Positions 60,852 through 64,000 of a stretch of DNA of 64,000 nt are shown one piece after another. The notes beneath the pieces were generated by a model that did no database searches, was not told where the DNA came from, and worked only from the letters and a program-made list of their open reading frames with translations. The translations under genes and the position numbers were made by a program. Positions within the stretch are counted from its first letter, which is position 1, and each line of letters starts with the position of its first letter. The DNA comes from Podarcis filfolensis (lineage: Eukaryota): NCBI GenBank assembly GCA_964270895.1, contig OZ185440.1. One strand, 5' to 3'.

Positions 60852-62570
60852 TTACAACATTGCCCATGCACTTTAAAGGGGTGTCCGGACACAGAGCTTT
60901 AAAGCATGGAAAGCATGGAGGAAGTGTGGAGTTGATCTGTCATGGTAACAAGACCAAACAAAACACATTTTAGACTGTCCATCACATACCAGCTTGACTT
61001 CTGGCCCAGACTCAGCCATCATCCTATTCTTTGTGTCCCTTGTGCTGGACCCTCTGAAAATTCCTCCTTACAGGACATGGCAAATGGAGATTAGGTTGAA
61101 CCAGAACACAGTGAAACCAATTTAACAGGCCACTTGGTAAAAGGTGAAAGGTGAAATGGAGAAAGACCTTTGTCCTGCTTAGTTTAAAACTTGTTAACCA
61201 CCTTAAGATCTACAGATGAAGGGTGGTATACAAATTTAATAATAATAATAAAAACAATTGTTCCACTGGTGTGGTAGCTTTCCTCAAATGTAAGCCAGTT
61301 GGAAAAGACAGTATAAGTCACATTGCAGTGATGCAAAATTGAGCTAGGAGTGACGAAAGTCAGGAGTCTATATTACTTGATTATCAAAACACTGCTCTCC
61401 ACATTGTTCTGGATTTGGAATGAATGAAGCAAAGAAAGCAACGGTGTGATTTTGCATGATATACCTAAATTATTCTTTGGACTTTGGACTATTTGGGTGT
61501 ATCTGTGACAGAGCAGAGAGATGTAATGGAGGAGAAAGTCTGAGACTCCCAGAGTATTACTGAAGATGAAATATGGAAGGCAGGAAAGAAATATGGTTTT
61601 AGAAGTAAGTGATTCAGCATAGGAAGCGAGCAGAGTTCATTCCAGCAGCAAATTGTATGGGCACTGGAGGGTGTCTCTGTCCATTAGATTTGACCATCAG
61701 CAGGTCTCAGACTGCTTATTATTTAGAAGGCTATGTTCAGAGGAGATGGGACAGTACAGCTAAAGAGGTTATCAGCTATGGCAGCATTTGCCAGAAAAAC
61801 TAAAGGGAATGGGAGTGGAGGAGCACAGGGTTTGGGTTTTTTGTTTTTTGTTTTGCCAAGAAGCTGTAGCCAGTGAGCACAGCAATGGATGATGACTGTG
61901 GACAATTTATAACACAGAAGGATGCATATTTGAGAGTATTCCGCCTGCAGGCACTAAAGCATTAAAACAGTTCTGTAACTAGCATTAGCTTTTGTTTCCA
62001 ATTCTGCTGAAATTACATCTGTAAAATGAAAGTGAGCATTGCTTTGAAAGCACTGTCTTCCCTTATCCCACTCTACCATTCGCAAGCAGAAATGTGAAAA
62101 TACATATGTATAAAAACAAATAAAGGAGCAGATTAGAACTTTCAAAGAAGAGGACGTTTTTGTGTGGTTGTCAAGGCTGGTTCTTATGACTGATCCAGTT
62201 GTGATATCAGCAATGATACAATTGTACTGCCTTCCATTTTATATCCCATTAGACCAGTATCTTAAATCCCAACATTTTAAGAAGGTTTCTGAACAATTCT
62301 AGCCTCACTTTACCTGCAGTCCGCATGACCTGTTCCCAGAGTTTATTGTCCACTTCTGAACTTTTCTTTGCCTTCTTGAGTCCATTACCTGTTGAGAGAA
62401 ATATGTTTAATGTCACTTTGATGTCCTGTGTTCATAACATTTAGCAATCTGTTAGTGCTGTATGTAAAATTTATAACAATAGAATCCCACTGTCCAGAGT
62501 GTGAGCAAGAAACACACCCATCACAATCATTGCTTTGATTAGTTTTGTACCGAAAGTCTTGCATTCAGAA

Positions 62571-62959
62571 AAAAAGGTAAAAGGTAAAGGACCCCTGACA
62601 GTTAAGTCCAGTCGCAGACGACTTTGGGATTGCAGCACTCATCTCGCTTTACAGGCCGAGGGAGCCGGCGTTTGTCCACAGACAGTTTTTCTGGGTCATG
62701 TGGCCAGCATGATTAAGCCGCTTCTGGCACAAAAGAACACCGAAACCAGAGCAGCGCACAGAAACACCATTTACCTTCCCGTTGCAGCGGTACCTATTTA
62801 TCTATTTGCACTTTTTGGCGTACTTTTGAACTGCTAGGTTGGCAGGAGCTGGGACCAAGGAACTGGAGCTCACCCCGTCGCAGGGTTTCAAACTGCCGAC
62901 CTTCTGATCAGCAAGCCCAAGAGGCTCAGTGGTTTAAACCACAGCGCCACCCGCGTCCC
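62571..62959 (-). mobile_element. Full-length Sauria SINE
   Basis: 13-bp TSD CTTGCATTCAGAA at 62558-62570 and 62960-62972. Confidence 0.97.
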
Positions 62960-63689
62960 CTTGCATTCAGAACCAAGAGCTAGAAAACCAGATTCCAGAT
63001 GTGGCTTGCTTATACATACACCAAGCATGTATGGTGCTGAACTGCAGTAGGACACGGATTCCGTTAATACCAGAGAGAGATTCCATTTATACCGGGTGAG
63101 ATTAGACTGAAGGCGATTGTAGATGGAGATTTGACTTGAGTTAACAATTTCCTTTTACCATTTCCCTACTTAATGTGGTAAGTTGATAGAACATTATTTC
63201 ACCAGCCCTTTCAAAAAGGATGACAAATCCCTCAACAAAGGAAAGAATGACTCAATGGCACCAACTAGCCCAGAGCCTGAATGTTGTAAAGAAATGAAAC
63301 ATTAGGGTTTTTTGTGTGTGATATATTTGCAAAATTGGATTAACGGGAAGCCATGTGTTGGGAACCATAAGTTACACCTTATCTTGGAAAGGATTTAAAT
63401 TTCTGCTCTTGCATGCCTATGCAGTTTGAAAAGAGGCTTTAATTTTACGAGCCTCCGTGGATTCCTACACAAATCTGCAGCTGAAAAGACAGTTCAAGTT
63501 ATTTGATGTGGAGCTAAGAGTTAGACCAGGCCTAGAAGAATAAGGATTTATGGTTTCTGGCTATAGTGTTGCAAGTACATTTTGGAATGTTGCTACAGTT
63601 CCCCACCCTCATCCACTACTTGCTCCGGTTCTCCATAATACTGATACAATTTGAAATCTTGCACTTATATGCAACTATATAGATGAACA

Positions 63690-63990
63690 TGTATATCTGG
63701 ATTACTGCGACATTCTCAATGTGAGGTTGCCTTTGGAAAGTGTTTGGAAACTTCAGCAGGTCCTAGGTGCTGCAGCCAGATTGCTGAATGAAACCGGATA
63801 CAGGGAAAGCAGAAACTCATTTTCATAGGAGCTTCCCTGGTTACCGGTTTGTTTCCAGGCACAATTCAAATTGCTGGTTATGACCTACAAAGCCATATAT
63901 GTCTTGGATCCAGGCTGTCTGAAGCACTGCATCTCTTTATATGAGCTGGCTCAGCCATTAGGCAGACTGAGGAGACTGCTTCAGGAGGCA
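63690..63990 (+). mobile_element. Degraded L2-clade ORF2 C-terminal fragment
   Basis: Remnants LDYC, AARLL and ELPWLPVCFQAQFKLLVMTYKA. Confidence 0.75.
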
Positions 63991-64000
63991 GAAGCCCCCA

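Overview
Eukaryotic, repeat-rich, apparently intronic or intergenic DNA. The repeat inventory points to a squamate, most likely a lacertid lizard: Sauria SINEs with an (ACCTTT)n tail, BovB, L2, CR1, L1, Penelope-like ends, and hAT, Tc1/mariner and Harbinger-type MITEs. I recognise no host protein-coding gene, rRNA, intact tRNA or CRISPR array. The only ORFs that resemble known proteins are fragments of retrotransposon ORF2. The apparent CpG island at 7.8-8.5 kb is a young hAT-type element with 17-bp TIRs and a perfect 8-bp TSD, not a host promoter. The most interesting unexplained structures are: an 85-bp near-perfect palindrome at 24.8 kb next to a CTCF-like motif; a diverged, collinear ~280-bp module duplicated at 47.6 and 49.2 kb; a pre-miRNA-sized hairpin at 11.1 kb; Penelope-like ends carrying a hammerhead-ribozyme-like core, one of them a perfect 88-bp inverted repeat; a coding-like segment at 46.8 kb; and several nested insertions that can be ordered in time. 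There is one assembly gap of 131 N. I found no convincing novel biological system. Family names come from recall of repeat consensus features, not from a database search, and boundaries without a TSD are approximate.
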